From an uncultured Lachnospiraceae bacterium (GTDB lineage: Bacteria; Bacillota; Clostridia; Lachnospirales; Lachnospiraceae), in the NCBI GenBank assembly GCA_947575805.1, contig CANPOY010000010.1, forward strand, positions 164-64,163: a DNA stretch of 64,000 nucleotides, in the 5' to 3' direction. Below are positions 43,784 through 54,081 of the stretch, one piece after another. Numbering within the stretch: position 1 is the first letter of the stretch; every line of letters starts with the position of its first letter. Under the pieces are notes generated by a model, which was given only the letters and a program-made list of their open reading frames with translations, searched no databases and was not told the origin of the DNA. The translations under genes were made by a program, and so were the position numbers.

Positions 43784-45070
43784 ATGATTACAATCAGCAA
43801 ATTTGACGTACAAAACCCCAGGTATAGGAATCTTTTAAACAGAAAAGGCAGCATACCGGCGGAGGTTGAGACTACAGTCAGGGAGGTGTTGAAAAGTGTA
43901 AGGGAAAAAGGCGATGAAGCACTGAAGTATTACATGAAAAAATTTGACGGCGTTGATCCTGACAAAATCGGATTCTTTGTTTCCGACCGGGAATTTGACG
44001 AGGCAAGGGAAAAGGTATCCCCCGAATTTAAAGAGGCGGTGAAAAGGGCCTGTGACAATCTTTTCGCATTTCACAAAAGGCAATTTCCGGCAGGCTTTTC
44101 GGAAGAAAATGGGGACGGTGTCATCCTGGAGCGCAGGTATACGCCGATCAACAGCGTTGCCGTTACCGTTCCCGGAAATATGGCGCCGCTGGTTTCCACC
44201 CTGTATATGAACCTCGTCCCGGCAATCGTTGCCGGCGTTCCCAATCTGTACATACTGACAAAGCCCAGGATTGACGGAACCATTGACGAACATTTATTAT
44301 ATGTGGCGGATTATCTGAAGGTAAGAAATTTCCTGAAGATTTCGGGTTCACAGGGACTGGCGGCCGTCGCTTACGGGACGGAGGGCATCCGAAAGGTTGA
44401 CGCCATAGTCGGTCCCGGAAATAATTATACGCAGATGGCAAAAAAGCTGTTGTTCGGCGAGGTGAAAATAGATTCCGTCGCGGGCCCTTCCGAAATTGCA
44501 GTGATTGCCGATGAAAATGCCAATCCCGCTTTCATCGCCGCCGATCTGATGTCCCAGGCAGAGCATGGAACGGGCTTTGAAGCCAGTACGGCTTTCTGTC
44601 TGTCTGAGGATCAGGCGCAGCAGATCAGAAAGGAAATCAATACTCTGTGCAAAGAAAACAATCTGATCGACACCACGAAAAGGAGCTTTGATAAGTATGG
44701 CGATATTTTTGTGGTGGATTCCGTGGAAGAAGCCGTACAGGCGGTTAATGAAATTGCACCGGAGCATGTGGAGCTGTTTCTGGAGGATTATGAGGCGGTG
44801 CTTGACCGCCTGACAAACGCCGGTGCGGTATTTGTGGGGGAATACAGCACCGAACCGGTGGGCGATTATTTCTGCGGTACAAACCATATTCTTCCCACCT
44901 GCGGTACCGCCAGATTTTCCTCAGGCATGTCGGTTGGGGAATTTATGAGAGGGTACAGCGTAATTCATTATACGGAGGCGGCCCTGAAAAAGAATGCGGA
45001 CCATATCGTCCGGCTTGCGGAAGCGGAAGGAATGAAGGCCCATGCCCTGGCGGTAAAGGTGAGGGAATGA
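43784..45070 (+). CDS. hisD: Histidinol dehydrogenase
   Basis: IVGPGNNY, IDSVAGPSE, DLMSQAEH, IAPEHVE, GDYFCGTNHILPT, GMKAHA. Confidence 0.9.
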   Translation: MITISKFDVQNPRYRNLLNRKGSIPAEVETTVREVLKSVREKGDEALKYYMKKFDGVDPDKIGFFVSDREFDEAREKVSPEFKEAVKRACDNLFAFHKRQFPAGFSEENGDGVILERRYTPINSVAVTVPGNMAPLVSTLYMNLVPAIVAGVPNLYILTKPRIDGTIDEHLLYVADYLKVRNFLKISGSQGLAAVAYGTEGIRKVDAIVGPGNNYTQMAKKLLFGEVKIDSVAGPSEIAVIADENANPAFIAADLMSQAEHGTGFEASTAFCLSEDQAQQIRKEINTLCKENNLIDTTKRSFDKYGDIFVVDSVEEAVQAVNEIAPEHVELFLEDYEAVLDRLTNAGAVFVGEYSTEPVGDYFCGTNHILPTCGTARFSSGMSVGEFMRGYSVIHYTEAALKKNADHIVRLAEAEGMKAHALAVKVRE

Positions 45071-45177
45071 TGTATGTATATTGATAATCTGATGAAAAGG
45101 AGTATAATAGCATTACGAACATCTGTAAAAAAAGTCTGACAGGAGTGCCGAAATAACGGCGGCAGGAAAGGAAGAAA

Positions 45178-46053
45178 ATGACGAACCTGGCAGTGAGAAT
45201 TCTATGCGGACTTCTGGCCGGAGCGGCGACATATGGGGTGTTTTCCTTTTTCCTGCTGAAAAAGGGCCCCCGGATGATTAAGCCCGTTCCAAGGGAGCCG
45301 CGTCTGGAGCTGTTGAGAAACTACGGCGGATATGCTCCCGGCCCGGAGCCGGAAAAATATCAGACGGTCTTTGTCTTAAACCGGAAAATACCTGATATTT
45401 TACGAAGGTACGATTATTTGTCGTATTCCGGCAGGGCCTCTGCAGATCAGGATGATTTTGTCTTTGCGATGCTTGATTTTGTATGTGACCATTTTAAGCA
45501 TAGCAGCAATGCGCGCCTGCCCCGGGACCACAGCATGGCGGGAATCATTGAGGGATGCAGGCGGAACGGGGGCGCGACGAATTGCAGGGGACTGTCGCTG
45601 ATCCTGGCTGAGCTCCTGAGAATGAATGGAATCCGGGCCCGGCATGTGACATGCAAGCCCTATGAGGAACCCTTTACGGACTGTCATGTGGTGGTTGACT
45701 GCTGCATGCCCTCGGGAAAAAGGATTATGCTGGATCCCACATACAGGTTGTACTTCGTGGAGGATAACGGCGGGTATGTCTCCGTTGCCCGGCTTCGGGA
45801 GGGGATTATTTCAGGGGTTGATTTTTACCCCAATGCAGCTGCCTCTTACAATGGGGAAGCGTTTATTCATGGCAATTACAGGGAATATATGGCTAAGAAC
45901 CTGCTGCGGTTAAACGCGAATTTAAGGCTTGACGATTCGCGGCCTGACAGGCCGGACGCAGAGATAGAGCTGGTTCCGGCGGGATATGCGACGGAAGGCT
46001 TTCCAAAGAGGATACAATTTGTAACCGATCCGGCGGTGTTTTGGAATATGTAA
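45178..46053 (+). CDS. Transglutaminase-like domain protein with an N-terminal TM segment
   Basis: Cys-His-Asp-type motifs NCRGLS, DCHVV, MLDPT. Confidence 0.75.
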   Translation: MTNLAVRILCGLLAGAATYGVFSFFLLKKGPRMIKPVPREPRLELLRNYGGYAPGPEPEKYQTVFVLNRKIPDILRRYDYLSYSGRASADQDDFVFAMLDFVCDHFKHSSNARLPRDHSMAGIIEGCRRNGGATNCRGLSLILAELLRMNGIRARHVTCKPYEEPFTDCHVVVDCCMPSGKRIMLDPTYRLYFVEDNGGYVSVARLREGIISGVDFYPNAAASYNGEAFIHGNYREYMAKNLLRLNANLRLDDSRPDRPDAEIELVPAGYATEGFPKRIQFVTDPAVFWNM

Positions 46054-46110
46054 GGGTGCGCAGACGAATCCTGAAACAGCCGGGGCGGAATTTTTACGGA
46101 TGGGGCAAAT

Positions 46111-46842
46111 ATGCGAAAAGAGGATAGATTTACTGATATGGACGGATTTCTGTACGAAACTCATATGCACACCTCGGAAGCCAGCGCCTGCGCGGTCAGT
46201 ACCGGGGCGGAAATGGCCCGGGCTTATAAGAGGGCAGGTTATACGGGCATTATTATCACGGATCACTTCTTCTATGGGAATACGGCAGTGGACAGAAGCC
46301 TTCCCTGGAGGCAGTGGGTGGAGCGCTTCTGCCTGGGCTACGAACATGCCAAGGCGGAAGGGGACAGAATCGGTCTGCAGGTCTTTTTCGGCTGGGAATC
46401 CGGGTACAGCGGGACGGAATTTCTTGTTTATGGGCCGGACAGGAACTGGCTTCTGGAGCATCCCGAGATTCGGGATGCCACGGTGGAAGAGCAGTTTAAA
46501 CTGGTGCATGAGGGCGGCGGCATCATCAGCCAGGCCCATCCCTACCGGGAAGCCAGCTATATCCGGGAAATCCGTACTTATCCGGATTTTGCAGACGCGG
46601 TGGAGGGCGTCAATGCCAGCCATTCCAGCCGGGAAAAGAAAGAGCGGCATCCGGAGTATAATGAGCGGGCGCTTGAGTATGCGGGGGAGCATGGGCTGCC
46701 TCTGACGGCCGGCTCCGACCAGCACAGCACGCATATGCTATGGGGAGGGATGGTCTTTCCCCGGAAGCTTAAAGACATTCATGATTTCGGACAGGCCGTA
46801 CTGAGCAGGGAGGCGGTGCGCCTTCTGGACGGTATGGAATGA
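46111..46842 (+). CDS. PHP-family phosphoesterase
   Basis: ETHMHT, ITDHF, QAHPYRE, GSDQH. Confidence 0.88.
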   Translation: MRKEDRFTDMDGFLYETHMHTSEASACAVSTGAEMARAYKRAGYTGIIITDHFFYGNTAVDRSLPWRQWVERFCLGYEHAKAEGDRIGLQVFFGWESGYSGTEFLVYGPDRNWLLEHPEIRDATVEEQFKLVHEGGGIISQAHPYREASYIREIRTYPDFADAVEGVNASHSSREKKERHPEYNERALEYAGEHGLPLTAGSDQHSTHMLWGGMVFPRKLKDIHDFGQAVLSREAVRLLDGME

Positions 46843-46858
46843 TATGCCGCTGTGCCCT

Positions 46859-47776
46859 TTAACTGGTTTTTTGCCCAATAATATATTTCTTTGCGGTTTC
46901 CTGGTAAATTTTGGTTATGTTTTGGAGCACGTCCGTGTGGGAAAAGGTTTTGTGGTAGATAATGTTAGTCTCGCGGATCATGCTCAGGTTTTCGATGGGG
47001 AGGGCGGTAATCTTTCCCTTCCGCAGCTCATCCATACAGGCGCTTTTGGGCAGAATGGACACCCCCAGCTCCTTGCGGATCAGGTCCTTGATGGTGGCAA
47101 TATTGTCCACCTCCATGGTGACGTCAAAGGCATCAATGCTGTCGTCGATGCCCTCCAGGGTGGCCTCAAAAAGGCTGCGGGTGGCGGAGGAAGAGGAGCG
47201 GAGGATCAGCCGCTCCCTTTTCAATTCTGCCAGAGTCACCAGGGAATGTCTGGAAAGAGGGTTATTGTTGGACATGACGCAGACCAGATAGTCCGTGTCC
47301 AGCATCAGGGCATTAAAGTTTAAGTTGGTATTTTTCCCGTCCACAACGGCAATATCAATTTCAAAATTTTCCAGCATAGTATAAAGATTTTTTATAGTAT
47401 CAGTGATAACCGTAATGCTTATGTTTGGATTTTCGTTACTGTATCTGGCAAGTACCTCTATCATCAGATTGCTTTCTGAGGTGTGGGTTACGCCCACACG
47501 GATCTTATTCAAATCCCGCTTGGCGTCGGCAATTTCCGCCCGCATCTGGGCATCCAGGGCCTTGATCCTCCTGGCGTATTTTACAAGGATTTCTCCTTCT
47601 TTTGTCAGCATTAAGCCGTTTTTCTTGCGCACGAAAAGCTGCTCTCCATAAGCTTTCTCCAATTGGCTGATGTGGTGGCTGACTGCGGGCTGGGTCAGGG
47701 AAAGCGCCTCTGCGGCCCGGGTAAAATTTCTCAAATCCGCAACTGCCAGCAGGGTTTCAAACTTGGAATCGATCAT
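46859..47776 (-). CDS. LysR-family regulator
   Basis: FTRAAEALSLTQPAVSHHISQLE...LTKEG; GGAGG RBS before ATG 47776. Confidence 0.95.
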   Translation of the reverse strand: MIDSKFETLLAVADLRNFTRAAEALSLTQPAVSHHISQLEKAYGEQLFVRKKNGLMLTKEGEILVKYARRIKALDAQMRAEIADAKRDLNKIRVGVTHTSESNLMIEVLARYSNENPNISITVITDTIKNLYTMLENFEIDIAVVDGKNTNLNFNALMLDTDYLVCVMSNNNPLSRHSLVTLAELKRERLILRSSSSATRSLFEATLEGIDDSIDAFDVTMEVDNIATIKDLIRKELGVSILPKSACMDELRKGKITALPIENLSMIRETNIIYHKTFSHTDVLQNITKIYQETAKKYIIGQKTS

Positions 47777-47794
47777 ATAGCCTCCTGAATTCAT

Positions 47795-47807
47795 ATAAAA
47801 TATTTAT
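47795..47807. promoter_or_regulatory. Candidate LysR T-N11-A box
   Basis: ATA-N7-TAT in the divergent intergenic region. Confidence 0.4.
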
Positions 47808-47899
47808 TGATGTTTAAAAAAACATAATTTTACTTTATTACTGGAATAGTGTAACATATAATAAATTATGATGCAAGAGATATGGGGAAAGGGGAAGGG

Positions 47900-49345
47900 A
47901 TGCTGGATTTACTTTATGATAAGCTTCAGGATTCGTCAGGGGTAGCTGCCATTATTATTTCCGTGGCATTTATGTTGTTTACAGGGTATGCTATGACCCG
48001 TATTACCAAGAAGCTGCGCCTGCCCAACGTAACGGCATACATAGTAGCCGGGATTTTGCTGGGGCCTTATTGCTTTAAGATTGTTCCTCCTGCCCTTGTG
48101 GAGGGAATGGATTTTATTGCCGACATTGCCCTGGCCTTTATTGCTTTCGGCACGGGAGAATTTTTCCGGGTTTCCGCGTTGAAGAAAAACGGTCTGAAGG
48201 TGGTGGTCATCACAGTGCTGGAATCCCTGATGGCGTCGGCTTTGATCTTTGTGGTTACCTTTTTCCTGCTGCGGCTGGATCTGACTTTTTCGGTGGTTCT
48301 GGCGGCACTGGCGGCGGCTACGGCTCCGGCTTCCACGGTGATGACCATTCGGCAGACGGGGGCAAAGGGTGATTTTGTGGATACCCTGCTGCAGGTAGTG
48401 GCGCTGGATGACGTGGTGGGACTGATTGCCTACAGCATTGCGATTTCCGTGGCGCTGGCTGCAAAGACAGGCAGGTTCAGCGCCGTGAGCATTTTACAGC
48501 CCATTCTGGTGAATTTCGGGGTGCTTCTGCTGGGCGGCCTGTTTGGAGGGCTGATGAAGCTATTGATGCCGAAGAAGCGTTCCACGGATAACCGATTGAT
48601 TATTTCCGTGGCCACTTTGTTTGCCTTCTGCGGGATCTGTGCGCTGCTGGACGTGTCGCCTTTGCTGGGCTGCATGTCCATGGGCATGGTCTACATTAAT
48701 ATTACGGAAGACGATAAGCTGTTTAAGCAGCTGAATTATTTCAGCCCGCCGATTCTGCTGCTGTTTTTTGTCCGTTCCGGCTTAAGCTTCAAGCTGGATG
48801 CCCTGGTTGACAGTTCTGCTTCGGTGGGGGCGGTTCCCCTTTTGGCGGTGGGGATTCTCTATTTTCTGGTTCGTATTATCGGAAAATACGGCGGGGCTTT
48901 TCTTGGATGCCTGCTGGTAAAGAAAAAGAAGGAAGTGCGGAATTACCTGGGACTGGCGCTGATCCCCCAGGCGGGGGTCGCTATCGGGCTTGCGGCCTTA
49001 GGAGCCAGAACCCTGGGCGGGGAGACGGGCAGTGCCCTGCAGACCATTATTCTGGCCTCCAGTGTTTTGTATGAGCTCATCGGCCCGGCCTGCGCCAAGC
49101 TTTCTCTGTACCTGTCGAAATCCTATTCCCATGAGCTGGAGGATCTGACGCCGGAGATTACGGCATCCCCGGAGAAGAAGTTAAGTGAGGTGGAGCTGCT
49201 GATCCAGCGGATTCAGGCGATCCAAAAGGAGCTGCCGGGGCATCTGAATACTCCGTCAGAGGAAGAGATTGCCTTTACGGAGGCAGCGGAGGAGCAGTAT
49301 GCCATGCTGCGGCATTCCCATATGGCAGGCAGGAGGTTAGGATGA
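47900..49345 (+). CDS. Cation:proton antiporter (CPA family)
   Basis: LPNVTAYIVAGILLGP, LAAATAPAST, VVALDDVVG, LIPQAGVAIGLA. Confidence 0.9.
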   Translation: MLDLLYDKLQDSSGVAAIIISVAFMLFTGYAMTRITKKLRLPNVTAYIVAGILLGPYCFKIVPPALVEGMDFIADIALAFIAFGTGEFFRVSALKKNGLKVVVITVLESLMASALIFVVTFFLLRLDLTFSVVLAALAAATAPASTVMTIRQTGAKGDFVDTLLQVVALDDVVGLIAYSIAISVALAAKTGRFSAVSILQPILVNFGVLLLGGLFGGLMKLLMPKKRSTDNRLIISVATLFAFCGICALLDVSPLLGCMSMGMVYINITEDDKLFKQLNYFSPPILLLFFVRSGLSFKLDALVDSSASVGAVPLLAVGILYFLVRIIGKYGGAFLGCLLVKKKKEVRNYLGLALIPQAGVAIGLAALGARTLGGETGSALQTIILASSVLYELIGPACAKLSLYLSKSYSHELEDLTPEITASPEKKLSEVELLIQRIQAIQKELPGHLNTPSEEEIAFTEAAEEQYAMLRHSHMAGRRLG

Positions 49346-50070
49346 ACGAGATAATTTATGACCCGTTGGCGAGATGGCTGGGAGAATGGGCCAGCGATAT
49401 AGGGATCGGTTCCGTGTGCCTGCGGCTGACGATTGCAGTCCTGCTCGCTGCGGTGATCGGCTGCGAGCGCGCCAGCAAGCGGCATTCGGCGGGGCTTCGG
49501 ACCTTTATTCTGGTGTCCTTTTCTTCGGCCCTTGTGATGCTGTTGGACTTATTTCTGATGCAGGAGACGCCGGTAAAGTTTCCGTTTTTGTCTGCGGCAT
49601 CCGTAATCAGCATTGCCATGCTCAGCGGAAATTCTATTTTATTCAGCTCAAGGAACCAGATCAAGGGTCTGACCACATCCGCAGGGCTGTGGTCCTGCGG
49701 TATCATTGGACTGACTGCAGGGGCAGGATTTTATACGGTGACATTGATTTCCTTTTTGCTGCTTTTATGTATTCTGACTTACCTGCCGGCGGTGGAGACT
49801 TACCTGAAAAACCGATCCAATCATTTTGAAATCCACTTGGAACTAAAGAGCAGGGAGAACCTGCAGGATTTCGTGACAACAATCCGCAGACTGGGGCTGA
49901 GGATTGATGACATTGAGTCAAACAGCGCCTATCTGGGATCCGGCTTAAGCGTGTATTCCGTGACCATTACCATTGCCAGCCAGGAATTAAAGAAATACAA
50001 AACCCACAGTGAAATTATTGAGGCCCTGGGTTCCCTGGATTATATTTACCATATCGAGGAAATGAATTGA
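49342..50070 (+). CDS. MgtC/SapB-family protein
   Basis: IGCERASKRHSAGLRTFILV, IKGLTTSAGLW. Confidence 0.92.
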   Translation: MNEIIYDPLARWLGEWASDIGIGSVCLRLTIAVLLAAVIGCERASKRHSAGLRTFILVSFSSALVMLLDLFLMQETPVKFPFLSAASVISIAMLSGNSILFSSRNQIKGLTTSAGLWSCGIIGLTAGAGFYTVTLISFLLLLCILTYLPAVETYLKNRSNHFEIHLELKSRENLQDFVTTIRRLGLRIDDIESNSAYLGSGLSVYSVTITIASQELKKYKTHSEIIEALGSLDYIYHIEEMN

Positions 50071-50080
50071 GGGGAGTAAA

Positions 50081-52159
50081 TCACTCCTCCAGCATCAGTT
50101 GTATCCGGCTCTGGATATTCCGGGCGGTTTCCTCCGCGGTGCGGTCTCCTGTAAAATAAGCGTTTGTCTCTTCCAGCACCAGATCAATGACCGTGTAATG
50201 CACCAGGTCGGCCGTGACATTTCCGCTTAGAATCAGATCAGCAAGCCGTTCTGCTTCACCCTCTGCTGCGGGAGCGGCGTAGATACCGTTAATGTGGATA
50301 CCGGATTGAGAAGAATCCCACTGCGCATACCAGCAGGATTCCCTGGCTGCCCAGGCGGATGTGTAACCGCTCATATGCCCTTGGTAATCCTCGGCAAAAA
50401 GTGTCCGCAGGAACTCCAGGGCGCCTTCCTTATTGCGGCTTTGGGAATAGATTCCGCAGGCATCCACGGCATTATTTACCAGAAGGACCTGGCTGCCTGT
50501 GGCAGGATACCCGTAAAGCACCGCCTTTTCTCCGTAGCAGGCATGTACCGTCAGATAACTGCCGGGATCGTGTGCGGAAAGCTGTACCATCATTGCATCG
50601 GGTGCATCTTCAAAGCTGAATTTTACCAGGCTCTTATCTCCATAGTCTCTGCAAAATTCCAGAAGGCTTATAAATTCCGGGGTATCGAAGGATGCCGTTT
50701 TTTCCTTCCGGTTGATAAATTCATTCTGCCGTCCCCGAAGGAGCATTCCCAAAAGGCTGCCTGCGGTGCCGTCCCTGTTGGCAGGCAGTGCCAGGCCGGC
50801 CGCCTCCGTAAAGGTCTGGTAATCCCAGCTTTCCGTTTCTGGCAGATACTCCGGATTGACGGCAAAGCCCCAGAGAGTGAAATGGGGCACCGCCATGCAG
50901 AGTTTTCCTTCTACCCGGTACAGCTCGTGTATCGCCCGAACCATGTCGTCGTTTAGCTCCTCTTCGAGCAGCCAGGGCTCCAGATCCTCCAGATACCCTT
51001 TTTCGGCATATGCGGTGTAATTGTCCACACAGCGGGAATACAGATCCAGAATATCCGGCCCCCTGCCGGAAGTGACCGCCGCCTGCATCTGCAGCCTTTG
51101 GTCACTGATGCTTTTACCGTCATATTCCTTCACGGTAATATAATAATCCGGATTACTCCTGTTGAAGGAAGTAATGCGCTCCCGCATGGTTTCGCTTAAG
51201 GAGACGGTACCGTAGACCAGCACCGTCCGCTCTCCCTCGGGTCCGTTTTGGGCAGCCAGCTCTTCCCAGATTCCCCCGGTGTCACCGGCCTGCTCCACAA
51301 GGTATACGGCTCCCTCTTCCGGATGCCACAGCCCTCCCAGAAGATTGGTGGATACGCCTGCGTCAATGCTGTTAAAGTGGGAGACGATTTCTCCGGTTTC
51401 ATTATTGAGAAACAGGATTCGATTGTCCACTGCCAGTACCAGGGTATCCGTATCCTCCGTCATAATTGACGCAAGGTGGATTGTGGGCAGCGGGATCGTC
51501 CACTGCTCTTTCACCTTTCCGTCTGCCGTCAGGGAGTACAGAGTGATTTTTCGGCCTGACTTTGCAACGGCGGCCACTGTTCCCGGCGTCTTTTCCAGCA
51601 GAAATGCGATACTGCCCTTTACCTTGTAGATCGTCTTTCGGCCGTTCTCCGGCGAATACTTCCAGATCTCATCTTCGTTTGCAAACCAGGCATTTTCCCC
51701 TGTGTCTGCAAAAAATACGGTGGGCTGCACCTGCTCCGGTGCCTCCTCCCGGGGAATAGAAAGTAAGGTTTCCCAGGATCCGCCTTCCGGGCATTTCCGT
51801 ACCTGCACCGTCTCCCCGCAGGATACTGCGGCATACAACATATCGCCGGCCGCCGATATGCCCATAATCATTTCCTGCTCGCCCTGTTTCCATTGCAGGC
51901 TCCGGGCGGTTCCGGTACTGAGCTCGCGTTCATAAATGCCGCCACCCATGTCCGCGGCCAATGCCCACAAACGGCGGCTGCCCGCAGCGACCTGGACGGG
52001 GCGGTGGTTCTCCCCGGCGAAGCTGATTTCTTCCGCTGCCTTTACGCCGAAGAATATTTCTTTTCCAAAGGAAAGCTCCTGCGCCCCGCAGGAAGTAAGG
52101 CAAAGATTCAGCAAAAGAAAACTTATGAAATAGATGATTTTTGGATGAGTTTTTTTCAT
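50081..52159 (-). CDS. Extracellular solute-binding lipoprotein (beta-propeller-like N-terminus plus SBP domain)
   Basis: Lipobox LTSC; FNRSNPDYYITVKEY, GPDILDL, GYLEDLEPW, AYFTGDRTAEETA. Confidence 0.8.
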   Translation of the reverse strand: MKKTHPKIIYFISFLLLNLCLTSCGAQELSFGKEIFFGVKAAEEISFAGENHRPVQVAAGSRRLWALAADMGGGIYERELSTGTARSLQWKQGEQEMIMGISAAGDMLYAAVSCGETVQVRKCPEGGSWETLLSIPREEAPEQVQPTVFFADTGENAWFANEDEIWKYSPENGRKTIYKVKGSIAFLLEKTPGTVAAVAKSGRKITLYSLTADGKVKEQWTIPLPTIHLASIMTEDTDTLVLAVDNRILFLNNETGEIVSHFNSIDAGVSTNLLGGLWHPEEGAVYLVEQAGDTGGIWEELAAQNGPEGERTVLVYGTVSLSETMRERITSFNRSNPDYYITVKEYDGKSISDQRLQMQAAVTSGRGPDILDLYSRCVDNYTAYAEKGYLEDLEPWLLEEELNDDMVRAIHELYRVEGKLCMAVPHFTLWGFAVNPEYLPETESWDYQTFTEAAGLALPANRDGTAGSLLGMLLRGRQNEFINRKEKTASFDTPEFISLLEFCRDYGDKSLVKFSFEDAPDAMMVQLSAHDPGSYLTVHACYGEKAVLYGYPATGSQVLLVNNAVDACGIYSQSRNKEGALEFLRTLFAEDYQGHMSGYTSAWAARESCWYAQWDSSQSGIHINGIYAAPAAEGEAERLADLILSGNVTADLVHYTVIDLVLEETNAYFTGDRTAEETARNIQSRIQLMLEE

Positions 52160-52181
52160 GGCGAAGTACCTTTCCCAGAAT

Positions 52182-52220
52182 AAAGCGGCATCTGTTTAAA
52201 TTATTTCAGATGCCGCTTTT
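52182..52220. terminator. Hairpin terminator
   Basis: AAAGCGGCATCTG...CAGATGCCGCTTTT. Confidence 0.7.
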
Positions 52221-52248
52221 GGAGTGCGCCTTGTAGTGTCTGTTTCCG

Positions 52249-54015
52249 TCATGCCGTAATTTCATGGTGGATCTGCAGCTCATACAACTTTCGGTAGATG
52301 CCGTTCTGGGCCAGTAATTCCTGATGGGTACCCCGCTCTCGGATTTTCCCCTTGTGCATGACCATGATGCAGTCCGCGTGCTGGATGGTGGAAAGCCTGT
52401 GGGCCACCATGATGGTGGTGCGTCCCCGCATCAGCTTTTCCAGTGCTTCCTGGATCAGCAGCTCCGTCTCCGTGTCAATGTTGGCGGTGGCTTCGTCCAT
52501 AACCAGGATGCGGGGTTTGTGGGCCAGGGTCCGGGCGAAGGACAAAAGCTGGCGCTCCCCGGCGGAGAAGGTGGAACCCCGCTCGGAAACAGGCTCTTCA
52601 TAGCCCTTGGGCAGCCTTTCAATAAAGTGGGAGGCATTCACATACTCTGCCGCGGCTTTGATTTCTTCGGGAGAGATTTCGTCATTGTAAAGCCGGATAT
52701 TGCTTTCCACCGTCCCCTCAAAGATGAATACATCCTGCTGCATCTGGCCGATGGCACTGCGCAGCTGCTTTTTGCTTAAGTTCCGTATGTCAACGCCATC
52801 GATATAAATATGTCCCTGCTGGATGTCATAGTATCTTCCGATCAGATTGAGGATAGAAGATTTGCCTGCGCCGGTGGCTCCCACAAAAGCTACGCTCTGC
52901 CCCGGCTCAATTACGAAAGACACATCTCGCAGCACGTAATTCTCGTTATCGTAGGCAAACCATACATGGTCAAACTCAATCCGCCCCCTGATTTCCGGAA
53001 GAACAACGGGCTCGTCTGCCTCCGGAACCAGGGTTTCCTCGTCCATAATGGTAAAAATCTTTTCGCCGGAGGCCAGGGAAGACTGCAGTGTGGAAAACTG
53101 CTCCGCCAGCTCCTGGATGGGGTCAAAGAAGGACTGGATATACTGGGCAAAAATATACAGGGTGCCGATGGGAATGATTTCACTTAAGACATCCTTGCTG
53201 CCAAGACCCAGCACCAGCATCAGGGACAGTACGCTGAGAATGTAAATCAGGGGGCGGAAAATGGCAAACACCAGCATTTCCCGATAGAACGCTCTGTAGT
53301 ATTTATAATTTTTGTCATTGAATTCCTCGAATTTCCTGTCTTCCCGGCCAAAGAGCTGGATTATGCGCATCCCGGAGAGGTTTTCCGAAAGAAAAGTATT
53401 CAGGTCGGTGAGCCGTGTTCTGGTAATACGATAGGTTTTTCTGGAAATCTTGCGGAATACTACGGTCAGTACGGCTACTACCGGCAGCAGGATAAAGGAA
53501 ATCAACGCCAGTTTCCAGTCCAGTGCCAGCATAACGGCGGCCAGCCCCGTAATCTTTACAATGTTGCGGAACAGCCGTACCAGAATGCCGGAATACATCT
53601 CGCTCAAGGCTTCCACGTCGTTCGTGACTCTTGTCACCAGCTTCCCCACGGGAGTCAGGTCAAAATAACGGCTGCTCAGCTTCTGGATATGGGCGTAAAG
53701 CTCCTGACGGACGGTATGGATGATCTGCTGACCGGTTTTCTGCAGCAGCCATATGGGGACTACGGTGAAAAAGAAGCTTAAGACCAGCACAATACCATAT
53801 TTTATGGAAGTCCCTATAATAATATCATAGCTTCCCTGCTCTTCAAACAGGTTGATGGCGTCGCCGATCAGAATAGGGCGGTAAAGCTCCAGGCCCGTCA
53901 GGCCCAATACCAGAAGCAGGCAGAGAATGACCCGGCCCGCATATGGTTTCATATAGGAGAGGAGGCGCAGTAAAACGCTTCCCTTATAAACGGATTCTAT
54001 TTTATCTTCCTGCAT
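52249..54015 (-). CDS. ABC transporter fused permease/ATPase (heterodimeric exporter subunit)
   Basis: TM domain, GATGAGKSS, FSAGERQLL, MDEATANID, AHRLSTI. Confidence 0.95.
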   Translation of the reverse strand: MQEDKIESVYKGSVLLRLLSYMKPYAGRVILCLLLVLGLTGLELYRPILIGDAINLFEEQGSYDIIIGTSIKYGIVLVLSFFFTVVPIWLLQKTGQQIIHTVRQELYAHIQKLSSRYFDLTPVGKLVTRVTNDVEALSEMYSGILVRLFRNIVKITGLAAVMLALDWKLALISFILLPVVAVLTVVFRKISRKTYRITRTRLTDLNTFLSENLSGMRIIQLFGREDRKFEEFNDKNYKYYRAFYREMLVFAIFRPLIYILSVLSLMLVLGLGSKDVLSEIIPIGTLYIFAQYIQSFFDPIQELAEQFSTLQSSLASGEKIFTIMDEETLVPEADEPVVLPEIRGRIEFDHVWFAYDNENYVLRDVSFVIEPGQSVAFVGATGAGKSSILNLIGRYYDIQQGHIYIDGVDIRNLSKKQLRSAIGQMQQDVFIFEGTVESNIRLYNDEISPEEIKAAAEYVNASHFIERLPKGYEEPVSERGSTFSAGERQLLSFARTLAHKPRILVMDEATANIDTETELLIQEALEKLMRGRTTIMVAHRLSTIQHADCIMVMHKGKIRERGTHQELLAQNGIYRKLYELQIHHEITA

Positions 54016-54081
54016 AATGTCCTCGTTTCCGCGCCGGATCCGGTACACCGCCAGGGCTTCCGACGCATGCTTTCCCTTTGA

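Noticed and set aside
43575-43787. 70-aa ORF as a His leader peptide for hisD
   Set aside because: It has only one His codon, a TTG start without an RBS, and it runs through a terminator hairpin.
52182-52220. GCGGCATCT in the terminator matching the LytTR box
   Set aside because: The copies are inverted rather than direct with a 12-bp spacer; they are explained by the terminator stem.
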